This document shows, piece by piece, positions 51,837 through 62,666 of a stretch of DNA of 64,000 nt (the stretch's first letter is position 1; the number at the start of each line of letters is the position of its first letter). This DNA comes from Candidatus Hydrogenedentota bacterium (lineage in GTDB: Bacteria; Hydrogenedentota; Hydrogenedentia; Hydrogenedentales; SLHB01): NCBI GenBank assembly GCA_045863295.1, contig BTWA01000027.1, forward strand, positions 25,025 through 89,024. Reading direction: 5' to 3'. A program made the position numbers and the translations under genes. The notes below the pieces were generated by a model. The model had not been told where the DNA came from and made no database searches. It worked only from the letters and a program-made list of their open reading frames with translations.

Positions 51837-51940
51837 GAGTATTTGGAATCCGCCAAATTGCCAGTGGACATTCCGCGAAGAACCGGGACGGCGAATTCAG
51901 GGAGTAGGAGGGGGGCGGGAGTCGTAACTTCCAGCGAGAC

Positions 51941-52729
51941 CTAATCTTCCGTATCCGGCGCTGAATCGATGTACGAATAGGAGGAGGTCGAGCCGGACTC
52001 GGAAACGGGCAATTCTCCAGGCTCGCGCAAGCGTTTCAATCGGGCTCGTATACTTTCTGCAAATTCAGTATCGGGAAAGTCGGCCAAGTATTGCTCCAAA
52101 ACCCCCACCGCGTCCGCTGGTTGATTCAAATGCCGCTGGTAGAGGTCCGCGAGGCGGTTGGTAATACGAAGGCACTGGTCTGCCGAATTGGAGTTGCCAA
52201 GCGCAATCTCGAAATATTCCGCCGCCTCTTCGAATCGTTCGACTTTGACCAGATTGTCCGCTGCACGCAGGGGAGAAGTTGCATCCTTGGGAAACATCCG
52301 AGATACCGCCATGTACTCACGGGCCGCGTTTTCAAAATCGGATTGCCGCTCGAAGGCTTCACCGGCCCCGTAACGGGGCTCGTGGACGTCCGCATGGGCC
52401 CCAGGCATCACCAGTTCGACCAGGGAATGCGATACAAATGAACCAACAATTGGGCCGTACAAAGCCACGCCTGAGACAATGAGCCCAAGGCTCGCCAATA
52501 AGTATAGTGCGGGGGAACGGGCGAGCCATTGGTGCAACATGCTGAATTGCAGAAGGAAGAAAAAGAGCAAGGCGGCAACCGTGAAGGTCTCAGTCGCACG
52601 ATTGAAATCGAGGTGATGGCGGAGCCGGAAACGCAGGAGGTAGACGCCCCAACACAGGTAGGGGATTAGGAGCAGCCCGGCGATGATCCATGGGGCATCA
52701 AAGCTGGGGTTATCGAGTTGCAGCTTCAT
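51941..52729 (-). CDS. Membrane protein with C-terminal TPR-like helices
   Basis: Three hydrophobic segments followed by TPR-like repeats. Confidence 0.6.
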   Translation of the reverse strand: MKLQLDNPSFDAPWIIAGLLLIPYLCWGVYLLRFRLRHHLDFNRATETFTVAALLFFFLLQFSMLHQWLARSPALYLLASLGLIVSGVALYGPIVGSFVSHSLVELVMPGAHADVHEPRYGAGEAFERQSDFENAAREYMAVSRMFPKDATSPLRAADNLVKVERFEEAAEYFEIALGNSNSADQCLRITNRLADLYQRHLNQPADAVGVLEQYLADFPDTEFAESIRARLKRLREPGELPVSESGSTSSYSYIDSAPDTED

Positions 52730-53030
52730 ATCGTTTTGCGAATATTGCCATATTTGTCAATTATTAATTTACCACACCGATTCGCGATTTGCAAGGTTGA
52801 CGGGTTTTATATACCCAATTCGCGGCCTCGGCATGTTTCCAACGCACCATGCTTTCATCTTGCCGTTGATTTGCCTGGTGCAAGTCAGTATGATCGCGAC
52901 CGGATCCTTTTTCAACACTCTATTATTGCTCAAAAGGGCAGAATTGGCAAACCGCCCCTTCCCGATTCGATGCGATTCCGGTTTTGGCGGGTTTGCTTTA
53001 ACGTCAATTATTTCAGGAGGTTAGGGCGCC

Positions 53031-54314
53031 ATGAAATTGGCAGTAATCGGCGGTGGCAGTTCCTACACGCCGGAACTTATAGACGGCCTGTTTCCACGCA
53101 TCAAAGAAATCCCGATTACCGAGGTCTGGATGATGGACCCGGACATGGATCGGCTGAAAATCACGGGCGGTCTGGCTCAGCGCATGTCCGAGCGGAACGG
53201 CAGTCCGTTCCCTATTCATCTCACCACCGATATGCGCGAAGCGGTCAAAGGCGCTAAATACGTCGTAACCCAACTTCGAGTCGGGGGAATTCAAGCGCGG
53301 ATAAATGACGAGAAACTGGGGATTAAGCACAACATCATAGGGCAGGAAACGACCGGCGTAGGCGGATTTGCGTGTGCATTGCGCACCATTCCCCGAATTC
53401 TTGATATAGCCCGTGCCATGGAGGAAACCGCGCCCGAGGGTTATTTGATCAACTTTACCAATCCCTCCGGTATCGTGACAGAGTCTATTGTAAAACACAG
53501 CTCGATCAAGAGCGTTGGCCTGTGCAACGTTCCCATCGGCATTATCATGGAAGTGGTAAAGCATCTTGGCGTTAAAATGGAAAACGTGCAGTTGGATTAT
53601 GTGGGTCTGAACCATTTGGCCTGGGTTCGCCATTTCCACGACAGCGGCAAAGACATCACGGACGAAGCACTCAAAGCCCTACTTGACAATCTACACGAGG
53701 AGTGGGAAGACGAGACTATTCGAGAGAACATGAAGACTGCCATGGAAAGTCTGCACATGTTCGTCAACCCCTATCTTCAGTATTTCTATGCGACCGACCT
53801 TTTGCTCGCCAAAATCAAAGGGAAAGACAAGACACGCGGCGAGGAAGTGGTAGAGATTGAAAAAAGCCTGTTCGAGAAGTACCGCCAGCCGGAATTGAAG
53901 GAAAAGCCGCCCGAGCTTTCCAAACGCGGCGGAGCCCACTATTCGACAGCCGCATTCTACCTCATCGATGCCATTGAGAATGACCGCAGGAACACTCAGG
54001 TTGTATGCTGCAGAAACAATGGCGCAGTTCCAACCTTTGACGACGATGTGTGTCTTGAATTGCCTGCGGTCATCGGCAAAGATGGAGCCAAGCCGGTACC
54101 TCAGGGCGCGCCCGAACCACAAATTCGGGGACTGATGCAGCAGGTCAAATCCTACGAGACGCTTACCGTGCAGGCAGCCGTGACCGGCAACCGCGAAACC
54201 GCATTTCAGGCTATGCTTGAGAACCCGCTTATGCCGAATGCCACTGGCTGCAGAAAACTGTTGGACGAACTGTTGGAGATCAACAAGCCTCATCTCCAGG
54301 GCACGTTTTTCTAG
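53031..54314 (+). CDS. GH4 6-phospho-beta-glucosidase
   Basis: IGGGSSYTPE, GQETTGVGG, NFTNP, GLCN, GLNH, RGGAHYS. Confidence 0.92.
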   Translation: MKLAVIGGGSSYTPELIDGLFPRIKEIPITEVWMMDPDMDRLKITGGLAQRMSERNGSPFPIHLTTDMREAVKGAKYVVTQLRVGGIQARINDEKLGIKHNIIGQETTGVGGFACALRTIPRILDIARAMEETAPEGYLINFTNPSGIVTESIVKHSSIKSVGLCNVPIGIIMEVVKHLGVKMENVQLDYVGLNHLAWVRHFHDSGKDITDEALKALLDNLHEEWEDETIRENMKTAMESLHMFVNPYLQYFYATDLLLAKIKGKDKTRGEEVVEIEKSLFEKYRQPELKEKPPELSKRGGAHYSTAAFYLIDAIENDRRNTQVVCCRNNGAVPTFDDDVCLELPAVIGKDGAKPVPQGAPEPQIRGLMQQVKSYETLTVQAAVTGNRETAFQAMLENPLMPNATGCRKLLDELLEINKPHLQGTFF

Positions 54315-54454
54315 GTGGAATTTGAGGCGGGTCAGTACGCATGGTCGGGGAAAGACTATCTGGAACAAACGTTTGGATTTTGACTCCCCAAGCCGTGCAT
54401 TGTAATGGGGTGTTCGAGAGCAGGGTGATACCGTAGGGATTACAAGCTTACTTC

Positions 54455-55345
54455 ATGGTTCAGGCATTGCTCGAGACCCATTTGCCCGGCAGGAAACCCA
54501 GCCACCGGGGCAAAGTACGCGACATCTACGACACCGGAGATGCGTTGATCATCGTCGCGACTGATCGAATTTCCGCCTTTGATTGGGTGAATCCCGTACC
54601 TATTCCCGACAAGGGCCGCATACTCACTCAAATGTCCCTTTTTTGGTTTGACGTTGTGCGAGAGATTTGTCCGAATCACCTGATTTCAGCCGATATCCAG
54701 GAATTCCCCGATCCATTCATTACCGACCCCGCCCAGTTTGCCAAGCGAACCATGCTCGTGCGCAAGTGCGCCATGTTTCCCGTAGAGTTTGTAGTGCGCG
54801 GCTACCTCGCCGGCAGTGGCTGGAAAGAATACCGCCAAAATGGGACGGTTTGTGGTATACCTTTACCTGCGGGGTTGAAAGAGGCGGACCGGTTGCCCCA
54901 ACCCATCTTCACGCCCGCTACAAAAGCGACAGACGGTCACGACATAAACATTAGCCCTGAAGACGCCGAGGCCATAATCGGCCGGGACTATTGCCGTACT
55001 GCTGCGGGTTATGCATTAAAAATTTATAATTGCGCACATGCCTTGGCAAGCCAAAAGGGCATCATCCTTTGCGATACGAAGTTTGAGTTTGGGTTGATTG
55101 ACGGTGAAGTGGTGTTGGCGGATGAGATTCTTACGCCAGACTCGTCCCGGTTTTGGCCGGCCGATCAATACGAACCCGGCCATGGTCAGCCCAGTTATGA
55201 TAAGCAGTTCGTGCGCGATTGGCTGGAAACGACCGATTGGGACAAGAATTCTCCCCAGCCGCCATTGCCCGATGACGTGGTCCAGAAGACCCGTGCAAAA
55301 TATGTGGAAGCGTACCGTAGGTTGACCGGAAACGAGGATTTCTAA
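54455..55345 (+). CDS. purC: SAICAR synthetase
   Basis: GKVRDIY, TDRISAFD, DTKFEFG, LTPDSSRFW, DKQFVRDW. Confidence 0.97.
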   Translation: MVQALLETHLPGRKPSHRGKVRDIYDTGDALIIVATDRISAFDWVNPVPIPDKGRILTQMSLFWFDVVREICPNHLISADIQEFPDPFITDPAQFAKRTMLVRKCAMFPVEFVVRGYLAGSGWKEYRQNGTVCGIPLPAGLKEADRLPQPIFTPATKATDGHDINISPEDAEAIIGRDYCRTAAGYALKIYNCAHALASQKGIILCDTKFEFGLIDGEVVLADEILTPDSSRFWPADQYEPGHGQPSYDKQFVRDWLETTDWDKNSPQPPLPDDVVQKTRAKYVEAYRRLTGNEDF

Positions 55346-55348
55346 TCC

Positions 55349-56836
55349 ATGGACGAGGCAAACTTTCTCTTGCAAGGCGATCGCCACGATGACGACAAGC
55401 CCCATGAGGAGTGTGGTGTCTTTGGCGTTTTCGGTCATCCGGAATCGTCCACGCTGACTTATCTTGGACTGTATGCGTTGCAACACCGGGGTCAGGAAGG
55501 CGCAGGCATCGTGTGTAGCGATGAAGGTATGTTACGGGGGCATCGTGGTGTTGGGCTGGTGTCCGACGTTTTCAAGCCCCACCATTTGCAACGCCTTCAA
55601 GGCGACGTCGCCATTGGCCATGTGCGCTATTCTACGTTTGGTACAAGTGTATTGAAAAATGTCCAGCCCTTCATGCGGGACTACGCCCGGGGCTCTATGG
55701 CTTTATGTCACAACGGCAATCTGACCAATGCCGGTCAGGTGCGCGATCATCTCGAAGATCAGGGCGCCATATTTCAATCCACCTCCGATACGGAAGTGAT
55801 TCTCCATCTCATCGCCCGGTCCAAGAAAGAACGCTTCTGCGACTGTGTGGTAGAAGCATTGCAGCAAGTTGTGGGCGCGTACTCTATTCTCGCTACAAAC
55901 GGGGAAGAAATCGTCGCCGTGCGCGATCCCCATGGCTTTCGACCGCTTTGGCTGGGTCGCCTCGGCGGCGCATACATCTTCGCCAGCGAAAGCTGTGCGC
56001 TTGATATTATTGATGCAGAACACGTTCGCGAAGTAGAACCTGGCGAAATGATTGTTGCCCGCCGCAACCAACTGGAAACAAGTCATCCCTTCCCGAAGGC
56101 GCGCATCAGCCCCTGCATTTTTGAATTTGTCTATGTGGCGCGCCCAGATAGTTTCCTTTTTGGCCGTAGCGTGGATGAGGTCCGAAAACAACTGGGCCGA
56201 AATCTAGCCAAAGTGGATGATGTCAAAGCAGACCTCGTGATGGCTGTGCCGGACTCGTCCAATCAGGTGGCCCTGGGTTATGCCCACCAGAGCGGTATCC
56301 CCTTTGATATGGGCTTTATCCGGAACCACTATGTCGGCCGTACCTTTATTGAACCCGATCAACGCATTCGAGACTTTGGCGTGAAGATCAAACTCAATCC
56401 AGCCCGCACTGCTATCGAAGGAAAGAAGATCATTTTGGTGGACGATAGCATCGTCCGGGGAACCACCTCGAAAAAGATAATCAAGATGCTGCGAAAGAGC
56501 GGAGTAAAGGAAATTCACTTTCGCATCAGTTGCCCGCCCATCATCAATTCCTGTCACTACGGCATCGACACGCCCCAGCGCGAAAAACTGATTTCTTACA
56601 ACATGTCGGCCGACGAAATGCGCGATTATCTCGGCGTGGATTCATTAAAATTTCAGACCCTTGAAGGTCTCGTCGATGCGACGGGCTATAAAATGGACGA
56701 CTTCTGCCTCGCCTGTTTTAATAATCAGTACCCCACGCAAGTGCCGTCCGATTTTGAAGCCCGTGACAATAACCGCCGCCACATCGATATGAGTACGGAT
56801 CTCGCACACTCGGTCTTTGAAACGTATACGCCATAA
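55349..56836 (+). CDS. purF: Amidophosphoribosyltransferase
   Basis: EECGVFG propeptide site, LQHRGQE, GHVRYST, VDDSIVRGTT. Confidence 0.97.
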   Translation: MDEANFLLQGDRHDDDKPHEECGVFGVFGHPESSTLTYLGLYALQHRGQEGAGIVCSDEGMLRGHRGVGLVSDVFKPHHLQRLQGDVAIGHVRYSTFGTSVLKNVQPFMRDYARGSMALCHNGNLTNAGQVRDHLEDQGAIFQSTSDTEVILHLIARSKKERFCDCVVEALQQVVGAYSILATNGEEIVAVRDPHGFRPLWLGRLGGAYIFASESCALDIIDAEHVREVEPGEMIVARRNQLETSHPFPKARISPCIFEFVYVARPDSFLFGRSVDEVRKQLGRNLAKVDDVKADLVMAVPDSSNQVALGYAHQSGIPFDMGFIRNHYVGRTFIEPDQRIRDFGVKIKLNPARTAIEGKKIILVDDSIVRGTTSKKIIKMLRKSGVKEIHFRISCPPIINSCHYGIDTPQREKLISYNMSADEMRDYLGVDSLKFQTLEGLVDATGYKMDDFCLACFNNQYPTQVPSDFEARDNNRRHIDMSTDLAHSVFETYTP

Positions 56837-56860
56837 GGGCGGCTTGGTTCGCGTAAAAGC

Positions 56861-57262
56861 TTGAGAGACATTTTGCCGCATGGCTTCACGCTAAAGGACC
56901 TTGGCGTTGGCCGCGTGGAAGAATTGGTGACTTCATTCGGTCAGCATAGCCACACTTCGGGATTCGGACTATTCGAGTTTGTCCTGAATGACTCCCGCCT
57001 GGGTGCCTTTTTCGATTCCACTGACATTGATCCCTCTACTTGGAACTATCCGGTGGATTCACCAATTGTAATTGCATTCAATGGTAACAAGCGCAAATCT
57101 CACTACTTGGGAACTGGACTGAAGTTTCTCTGGGCAGGCGACTTGAATCGGGATGGAACGTCGGAAGTCATTTTCTGGGTCGATCGATACAATCAGAATG
57201 GATATGCCCTTTATGACCAGTCGCTAAATGAACTGGCGACCCACACGTGGACTTATCACTGA
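56861..57262 (+). other. Probable C-terminal gene fragment or hypothetical ORF
   Basis: Protein-like 'AGDLNRDGTSEVIFW..YNQNGY' motif but only a TTG start and no RBS. Confidence 0.35.
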
Positions 57263-57288
57263 CTAATGCGGAAGCAAATCTCCACAAA

Positions 57289-58359
57289 TCATATTACTTC
57301 CAGAAACTCACGCGACTTCAATCTAGGAAATGCCGCGTGTGGTTCGGTCTGATACCAGTAGGCCACCGACGCGATATCATCCTGCAGCGGCACATACCGC
57401 TTCCCTGTACCCCATCCCAATGCTTGAATGGTTACACGAAGGTCCCGTTCAAACCGGACGGGATCCATGACGTGCCATCGATACATGCCAAATCGTTGCT
57501 GCGACTTGTACGTTCCGTCCGGCCGAATCACTTGGTGCAATCCGGCATAGGCGGTTGAAAATGGAACGTACTGGCCGCCCCGGTCAAAATTATACGATCC
57601 GCAAAAGTAGTCTTCCGTGCCCGTACCGCAAATAGTTGGCCACGCCACATCCCCATCCATGTAAAACTTGATCTCGCCCTCGCCCCACCAACCGTTGTTG
57701 TTAACGCCCCAAGCCAGATACGTTCCCACATAATGACCGTGCCCGACAACTCCGTCCAAAATCATATAAACGTCTTTGTAAGGAAGAGGATTTACCCGGC
57801 GCCATTGCGCGTGAAAATAGGCGGCGTCACCCGGCACGTCAGTAAGTGTATAGTCCACCTGGTAGTAGAGAATCATGCTCTCGTCCGCGATGTTCTCTAG
57901 CGTGATACGGAAACCCTTTCGAAACGGCATCTCCCAGTAGCAATTGAATGCGCTACCTGGATTGACGCAGACGGCCATCGAATTCAGGTGCGCATACTCG
58001 CACCAGCCCATGCCGAAGAAATCACCAATCGGGCATTCGACGCTGGGTTCCAGCTCATCATCCCAGTGAATCCGGAGAATGGAGAATCGCCAATTCCCGG
58101 TGGGCGTCATCCAGATATGTTGAATGGCGCCTTGACCATGGATATCGGCCAAGGTAAACGTCTGGCCTGGCTCGATCCGTACTGAAGGCGAGATCTTCCA
58201 TCCACGGCCCAGGTCCCGGGCGCAAACGGCCCCGGTCCCCTCCGTCGCCATGCCTCCCGCACCTTTTTCGCCGGTGAAATTCTCGGGCGATATGGATCGT
58301 GTCTTCGCGTTGGAAAGGCGAGACAGGTTGCCAAGATGCATTCCAAGTCCATCGTGCAC
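57289..58359 (-). CDS. DUF2961 (GH172-like) protein
   Basis: SISPENFTGEKG, WWGEGE, GTGTEDYF, YRWHVMDP. Confidence 0.88.
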   Translation of the reverse strand: MHDGLGMHLGNLSRLSNAKTRSISPENFTGEKGAGGMATEGTGAVCARDLGRGWKISPSVRIEPGQTFTLADIHGQGAIQHIWMTPTGNWRFSILRIHWDDELEPSVECPIGDFFGMGWCEYAHLNSMAVCVNPGSAFNCYWEMPFRKGFRITLENIADESMILYYQVDYTLTDVPGDAAYFHAQWRRVNPLPYKDVYMILDGVVGHGHYVGTYLAWGVNNNGWWGEGEIKFYMDGDVAWPTICGTGTEDYFCGSYNFDRGGQYVPFSTAYAGLHQVIRPDGTYKSQQRFGMYRWHVMDPVRFERDLRVTIQALGWGTGKRYVPLQDDIASVAYWYQTEPHAAFPRLKSREFLEVI

Positions 58360-58362
58360 GGT

Positions 58363-59124
58363 CTATTCCTTTGATATCGGTTGTACGACGATTTGCGCTA
58401 TATCGATCGTCGGCTTGCCATTCTCGATTAGGTCAAAACCAAATCCGGTGTAATTCCCTGGGGATACGGAGAATCCATCCATTCCGGGTAGAGTAATGTC
58501 CTTTTGAAATCGTTGCCATTGGGTATTCAACCTGCAAATCGCGGCGGGTCGAGGCCGTCCTTGGGCGACTTTTACTTCGCCTGAGGTATCGGCTGCCTCA
58601 AACAATTCATACCCCTTTCCCTTCACTGCCGTGATTCCGGGAGTGACGTGATCCCGGCTCTGCCACACGATGGGAACTATGTCAAGTTCGCCTTCCATTA
58701 CGCGTGCGAAAAACGAGACCCGTAGAGTCTTACCGGCAAACGTGGAAACGTCTCCCATCCCAAAATACTCGAGAAAGGTGCAGCGATAGTCGGGCAAATG
58801 ATGTGCTTCGCCGGTCCAGCCTTCTGGGGCCTTGGACCACGATACGCGAAAAAAGTACTTGGGATTTCCGGGTACTTCTGTCTGGTTTTCAGTAAACTCC
58901 AGACGGTCATAGGTAGCCGTCGCGTTCACACCCGGTCCGCCGTACCAGTCCTTCGCAATGGATCCACTTGGCACGCCTACGCTTGTGGTTGTCACCCCGC
59001 CGGAATAGTCGTCCCAATGCTCGAAATTGCCATTCTTGACCGCGTTTCCGGCATCCTCGGCGGCCAGGTGGGCTGCCGCGCAAGCCAACAGCAGAACGAA
59101 TCCAGCGTGAGATTGCATACTCAT
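58363..59124 (-). CDS. Secreted hypothetical protein (possible carbohydrate-binding jelly-roll)
   Basis: Signal-like N-terminus, 'VKNGNFE', 'WQRF' pattern. Confidence 0.55.
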   Translation of the reverse strand: MSMQSHAGFVLLLACAAAHLAAEDAGNAVKNGNFEHWDDYSGGVTTTSVGVPSGSIAKDWYGGPGVNATATYDRLEFTENQTEVPGNPKYFFRVSWSKAPEGWTGEAHHLPDYRCTFLEYFGMGDVSTFAGKTLRVSFFARVMEGELDIVPIVWQSRDHVTPGITAVKGKGYELFEAADTSGEVKVAQGRPRPAAICRLNTQWQRFQKDITLPGMDGFSVSPGNYTGFGFDLIENGKPTIDIAQIVVQPISKE

Positions 59125-59128
59125 ATCT

Positions 59129-60487
59129 TCACACGAGCACTCGCGCATCGTGTGCCGACTGCATCCAAGCGCTTAGCATCCCATGGCACCGGGCGCGCAC
59201 TTTCTCCAAGTCGGCGTCATCCGCGCGGTTCGACTGCTGATAGGGATCCGAGGCGTTGTCGAATAACCATACCGGTCCGTCATCCAAGACCGCATAGGTG
59301 TGCGTACGCGTGCGCACACCCCGGAACAAAGGTGCCGGGTGATCCTTCCCGCCGGAGGCGCCGCCCTTGGCAATGTGCATGATGAATTGCGATTCCGGGT
59401 TGGGTCCTGTCTCGTTTCGCAGCCAGGGGGAAAAATCCAACCCCCTGCATGTCTGCGGGATGCCAATGCCCGCCATGCCGCAGAGAGTAGGGAAGACGTC
59501 AATCGTTCCGAATAAGGCGTCGGTGCTTCCTCTAGCGGGTATATGCCTTGGGCAGCGCATCAGAAACGGCACGCGAATCGACTCTTCATACGGTTGTCGC
59601 TTGCTGCCCACGCCGTGTGATCCGAACATGGATCCGTGGTCCGAGGTGTAAATGACAATGGTGTCCTCGGTTAGCTCCAATTCGTCCAAGGCAGCCAGGA
59701 CACGGCCAAGGGCTCGATCCATTCCAGTGATATTCGCATGGTAGCAACTGTAGTCTTTTTCACTGAATCGAAATGCGCCTTTGGCGTCCGTCTCTTTGGA
59801 AGGGGATGCATTCGGGCGCCAAGGCAGGGTTCCTTGTGGATAGAGGGCCCACAGATCGTCGGGTGCATCGTCAAATGGCGCGTGAGGGGGCACGTACGAC
59901 ACCATGAGTAGAAACGGCTTCGCCTTGTTCGCGACGATAAATTCGACGGCCTGCTCGGTCATCGTGTCGATCGTATACCCTTCTCGATGGACGGGGCCGG
60001 AATTCGAAGGGAAGTATTCGCCCGAGTGATGTCCCTTTACGTGCCACAACAACGAAGTGTCAAACCCAAAGGCTTCGGCCCGATCTCCGCCCAAGTGCCA
60101 CTTGCCGATATAGCCAGTCGTGTATCCGGCGGCCTGAAAGGCTTTACCAATCGTCATCTGATCCGGGCTCAATGGAATGTTGTTGTCAATGACACCCTGC
60201 TCGTATGGCCATCGGCCGGTCATCAGCATGGCGCGATAGGGAGAACACACGGGATAATTGCTGATGCAATTCGAAAACTCAAATCCTTCGTCACGCATAC
60301 GAGTCATGTTGGGAGTGCGAACCGGAGGGAGTTCCGTATGAGACATCGATTGCCAACGGTGTTCATCGGAAAACAGATAAACAATATTGGGCTGACGCTG
60401 CGGCGGCGACTGCGCTTTCGCAGCCATGCTTGTCGTGGCAGCGGCCAGCGCCGCCCCCGCCATAAACTTTCGCCGAGAGATGGACAT
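59129..60487 (-). CDS. Sulfatase with Tat signal
   Basis: SRRKFM, PNIVYLFSDE, CSPYR formylglycine motif, GKWHL, SDHG; GGAGG RBS. Confidence 0.92.
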   Translation of the reverse strand: MSISRRKFMAGAALAAATTSMAAKAQSPPQRQPNIVYLFSDEHRWQSMSHTELPPVRTPNMTRMRDEGFEFSNCISNYPVCSPYRAMLMTGRWPYEQGVIDNNIPLSPDQMTIGKAFQAAGYTTGYIGKWHLGGDRAEAFGFDTSLLWHVKGHHSGEYFPSNSGPVHREGYTIDTMTEQAVEFIVANKAKPFLLMVSYVPPHAPFDDAPDDLWALYPQGTLPWRPNASPSKETDAKGAFRFSEKDYSCYHANITGMDRALGRVLAALDELELTEDTIVIYTSDHGSMFGSHGVGSKRQPYEESIRVPFLMRCPRHIPARGSTDALFGTIDVFPTLCGMAGIGIPQTCRGLDFSPWLRNETGPNPESQFIMHIAKGGASGGKDHPAPLFRGVRTRTHTYAVLDDGPVWLFDNASDPYQQSNRADDADLEKVRARCHGMLSAWMQSAHDARVLV

Positions 60488-60654
60488 ACGAGCCTCCAAT
60501 AGTAGAAGCGACATCTTGTCGCTTCCGAGCCACCTGTATGCGGAAAGCAAAGCTATAAGTACTTTCACGAAAGCTTCATCGCCCGCGGGCGTGCGCTAAG
60601 GTGCCTGTCACATGCATGCAGCCCTGCGGAAGCGGCATGATGTCGTGTATGCCG

Positions 60655-62034
60655 TCAAGCTGTCCCGCCGACCGTGAGCTCCCGCACCCGTATTGTCGGT
60701 TGCGCATCACTGACCGGCACGCCCTGACCGTCCTTGCCACACGTGCCAATTCCGTAACCCAGATCCGTGCCCACACCCTCGATAGCAAGCAACGTATCCG
60801 GTCCATTGCCGATCAGCGTCGCGCCGCGAACGGGCGTCATCGGCTCGCCATTCCGGATGATATATCCTTCAGTAACTTCAAAAACATAGTCGCCATTCAA
60901 TGTGTTGACTTGTCCGCCGCCCATGCGCTTTACGAATAGTCCATTGTTTGTTCCCGAAAGGATGTCTCTGGGATCGGAATTGCCTGGTGCGATGAACGTA
61001 TTCGTCATGCGCGGAATGGGCTTGTATTCGTACGATTGACGGCGCCCATTGCCAGTGGGTGCGATTCCCATCTTTCGCGAAGTGCGCAAATCACTCATAA
61101 AGCGGACCAATCGGCCGTTTTCAACGAGCACCGTCCGTTGCATGGGTGTCCCTTCATCGTCCACATTGCAGGATCCCCGTTTGCCCGGCAGTGTACCATC
61201 GTCTACCACGGTTACCTCGGGCACCGCAATTTGCTCGTTCAACCTTCCACAGTACTTCGACATGTTCTTGTCGATATGATCCGCCTCAAGGCCGTGTCCC
61301 ACAGCCTCATGAATCATCGTCCCGCCGGCTTCACTGCTGAACACCACAGGCATGCGCCCGGCCGGTGCGGGATCGGCGTCCAACATCAACATGGCTTGCC
61401 GTGCCGCCATGCGGGCTACTTCTATTGGGTCATGGTGCTCGAAAATCTCGTAGCCCATAGTCCCGCCGATGTATTCCATCCCGGTTTGGATCGTGCCGTT
61501 CTCCGATGCCACTACTTCCACCATGAAGATCACTTGAGGGCGTTCGTCTTCGACATACCGCCCCAGAGAATTCGCAATCCAAACCTTTCGCAAGGAATCG
61601 CCATACACCACCGAAACCTGGCGTACCCGGGGGTCGCATTCACGCGCAACGCGATCCGCATCCCGAATTAGGGAGGCTTTCTCAGCAGTGGAAATGGATG
61701 CAGGCCTGGTTTTGACCGGCGACGCAAATCGCTCAATCTTGTAATCAAAGTCGCACTTGGATTTTGGACCCGAGTAACCATTAGCCAGGGTATGGGCAAG
61801 CTTGGCAAGTCCTTTCAGTGAGATATCGTTGGTATGCGCGTACAGTGTTCGATCCCCGGCAATCAGGCGAATTCCAGCGCCCGCTTCGGTGCCACTCACG
61901 ACCTTTTCCAACTTTTGCTCTTCCAATTTGAGTGATGCCATCGCCCTGTCTTCGACATAAATCTCGGCCATGTCGCCGCCGTTGCGAAGCGCGCAACTCA
62001 ATATTTCCTCGGCATGTCGCTCCAAATCCAGCAC
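60655..62034 (-). CDS. tldD: TldD metalloprotease
   Basis: HEAVGHGLEAD, DDEG, PRMTNT, CGKDGQGVPV. Confidence 0.92.
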   Translation of the reverse strand: MLDLERHAEEILSCALRNGGDMAEIYVEDRAMASLKLEEQKLEKVVSGTEAGAGIRLIAGDRTLYAHTNDISLKGLAKLAHTLANGYSGPKSKCDFDYKIERFASPVKTRPASISTAEKASLIRDADRVARECDPRVRQVSVVYGDSLRKVWIANSLGRYVEDERPQVIFMVEVVASENGTIQTGMEYIGGTMGYEIFEHHDPIEVARMAARQAMLMLDADPAPAGRMPVVFSSEAGGTMIHEAVGHGLEADHIDKNMSKYCGRLNEQIAVPEVTVVDDGTLPGKRGSCNVDDEGTPMQRTVLVENGRLVRFMSDLRTSRKMGIAPTGNGRRQSYEYKPIPRMTNTFIAPGNSDPRDILSGTNNGLFVKRMGGGQVNTLNGDYVFEVTEGYIIRNGEPMTPVRGATLIGNGPDTLLAIEGVGTDLGYGIGTCGKDGQGVPVSDAQPTIRVRELTVGGTA

Positions 62035-62165
62035 AAATTGGCTCCCTGGTGAATGATGAGATGAAGTTTATGGGTTTTCGATGGAGTGATCAAATTCAGG
62101 CTTTGAATGTTTCAGAGATTAGGCATAGGATGATTCAGTACAGGATTCGACTTGGGGATAAAAGT

Positions 62166-62666
62166 ATGCTAGACGTGAAGTCCATCGAACGCCCGGCGCC
62201 ACCATTATTGGCCTACTATTTTCTCGTCTCATTGTTATCTGGGCCGCTTATCATTGTCGCGTTCCCGCCTCTCTTTTTCCGGTACCACACGTTGCGCTAC
62301 AAGTTTGACAATGAAGGCGTCTCCGCAAGCTGGGGTTTTCTGTTTAAGAAAGAAGTGCATCTGACGTATCGCAGAATACAGGACATCCATTTGTCAAAGA
62401 ACTTTGTGCAGCGATGGATGGGTCTGGCCACCGTTAAATTGCAGACAGCCTCCGGAAGCGCCACTCCCGAATTGAGTATTGAAGGCGTTCTCGAAGCTGA
62501 AGCCTTGCGCGACGCGCTCTACCTGAAGATGCGGGGAGGGGTTGAGGAAGAAGACACGGGCATGGGCTCCGGCCTGGAAGTGCCGCAGCCGGACGAGGCA
62601 CTGCTTCTTCTGCATGAAATTCGCGACTTGATCCGCGGCATGGCACAGGGGAGGTCCAACCCGTGA
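62166..62666 (+). CDS. Bacterial PH (bPH_2) domain membrane protein
   Basis: TM segment then 'YRRIQDIH..VQRWMGLATVKLQTAS'. Confidence 0.78.
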   Translation: MLDVKSIERPAPPLLAYYFLVSLLSGPLIIVAFPPLFFRYHTLRYKFDNEGVSASWGFLFKKEVHLTYRRIQDIHLSKNFVQRWMGLATVKLQTASGSATPELSIEGVLEAEALRDALYLKMRGGVEEEDTGMGSGLEVPQPDEALLLLHEIRDLIRGMAQGRSNP

